Of a stretch of 53,497 nucleotides of DNA, positions 52,291-53,497 are shown piece after piece. Every line of letters starts with the position of its first letter. The first letter of the stretch is position 1. Below the pieces are notes generated by a model. It saw nothing but the letters and a program-made list of their open reading frames with translations. It did no database searches and had not been told where the DNA came from. Source of the DNA: Macrostomum lignano (Eukaryota); the NCBI GenBank assembly GCA_002269645.1, contig NIVC01004244.1, positions 1 to 53,497 of the forward strand, written 5' to 3'. A program made the translations under genes and the position numbers.

Positions 52291-52598
52291 CATGAAGGAA
52301 AGAATAGAATATAGTGCTAATCTGAGCCAGTTATTTTGTCTTGCTCGATTTTCACTTTTAGCATCCTTTCCCCCCGTTCCTTCCTATTGACTGAAAGCAT
52401 ATTTGATGCGAGCTCGTACTATTCTGGGACAGACCTTTCAGAGGGGAACGAAAACGAAAACGAGACGAAAAAGACTTTGTCTATGACAGTCACGAGCCAA
52501 TAGGAAGGAACGGGGGTGAAGGGATGCTAAAAGTGAAAATCGAGCGAGACAAAAATAACTGGCTGAGATTAGCACTCCATTCTATTCTTTCCTCCATG
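52291..52598. mobile_element. 308-bp MITE with ~100-bp terminal inverted repeats, P-element-like
   Basis: Termini CATG(A/G)AGGAAAGAATAGAAT at both ends; flanks GTTTCAAT / CTTTCAAT (8-bp TSD, 1 mismatch). Confidence 0.8.
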
Positions 52599-53107
52599 CT
52601 TTCAATTGGATTGAGTGAGGAACCTTCAGAAAAATGCATGTCTATGATCCCAAGTATATAAATGGCATTTGTTGATTATAATTTGACCCCAAGTACACTA
52701 AATGTAGCTAGAAAAATTCCAGTTTAGCCATAGCCATCCGCCATGGGCACCGTGAGCCAATCCCTGTTTCTCTTACGCACTCAACTAGCGCTGAAGTCCT
52801 GGAATCTGGTGCTGTTTCTGCCACTGCTGCTCCTAACTCTGTTTAGCATCCAATGGAACCACTTGCTTATTAGCGGTTGGTTACATGCGCGCGGCAAAGG
52901 TAGGCTGACGGGAATAACCGGTTACAAGATTTAGTCAAGCTCAGCCAAGTATAATTTACACGGATCAATTATCTTCTACGACGCTGAGTTTTACGCTGAG
53001 CATGCTGAAGAGCATGGATTCAAATCTGAAAGAGAATCAGGCCCATTGGAAGTGTGCGAATTGGGACTCGTGCGTATCAAATCTTTATTCAAACATGATG
53101 CACAACA

Positions 53108-53497
53108 ATGAAAAGCGGCAGAAATTTTTTATTGATTACGACAGAAAAGCTCTTGTTTGTCCGGCTACTTAGCCAGCGAACTTTACTGCTCGTTCTTTGC
53201 AGCATTTTCTTCTACTCCAGCGCCACTGAAGACGCTACAGACTGGTTTCAGAACTACAGCATGTTTCATCTGACCTCGGATGCCAGCGATATTAGCGAGG
53301 AATCAACGTCTAAAAATTTTTGTCAAGCAGATAGAAACTACTTCTTTTATTTGCCTAAACTACTTTGCTTTCTTGTCAATCCTAGTAATGACAATTTTCT
53401 GCTTCTACTTCTTATTAACCACAATTTCTTGCATCGTGAAGCTCAAAAGCTGCGGCTTTCTGCAGCTGATGATTCGCAAGGGCCTATCGCCAGCGTC
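53108..53497 (+). CDS. Possible 5' part of an unknown protein (open to window end)
   Basis: ATG at 53108 followed by 130 codons without a stop; hydrophobic stretch TLLLVLCSIFFY near the N-terminus; no homology recognised. Confidence 0.3.
   Translation, partial: MKSGRNFLLITTEKLLFVRLLSQRTLLLVLCSIFFYSSATEDATDWFQNYSMFHLTSDASDISEESTSKNFCQADRNYFFYLPKLLCFLVNPSNDNFLLLLLINHNFLHREAQKLRLSAADDSQGPIASV

Overview
Intron-containing, repeat-rich animal genomic DNA. TTAGGG motifs, minisatellite-filled introns and GC-rich exons in an AT-rich background suggest a flatworm such as Macrostomum, but this is a guess. Minus strand, 1-20 kb: (i) an EHBP1-like locus with two NT-C2 domains and three calponin-homology (CH) domains, either two tandem paralogs or one composite gene, running off the left edge; (ii) a complete 3-exon mitochondrial trifunctional enzyme beta-subunit thiolase (HADHB, 478 aa); (iii) an intronless 212-aa KDEL receptor. 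A decayed, palindromic mariner element sits at 21.6-22.8 kb. From 24,743 to 47,526 (about 22.8 kb, over 40% of the window) the sequence consists almost entirely of non-autonomous Helitron-like units of two related families. They have TC 5' ends, a subterminal hairpin with CTTG/CTCG 3' ends, spacer-free head-to-tail junctions, embedded TTAGGG tracts and a 7.6-kb oppositely oriented concatemer whose junctions show microhomology and a templated insert. Right end: a plus-strand F-box/LRR-like gene, a 308-bp P-element-like MITE and an unexplained ORF open to the window end. Most ORFs in the supplied track are artefacts of repeats. All splice models were read by eye from GT-AG sites and phase matching; no database searches were possible.
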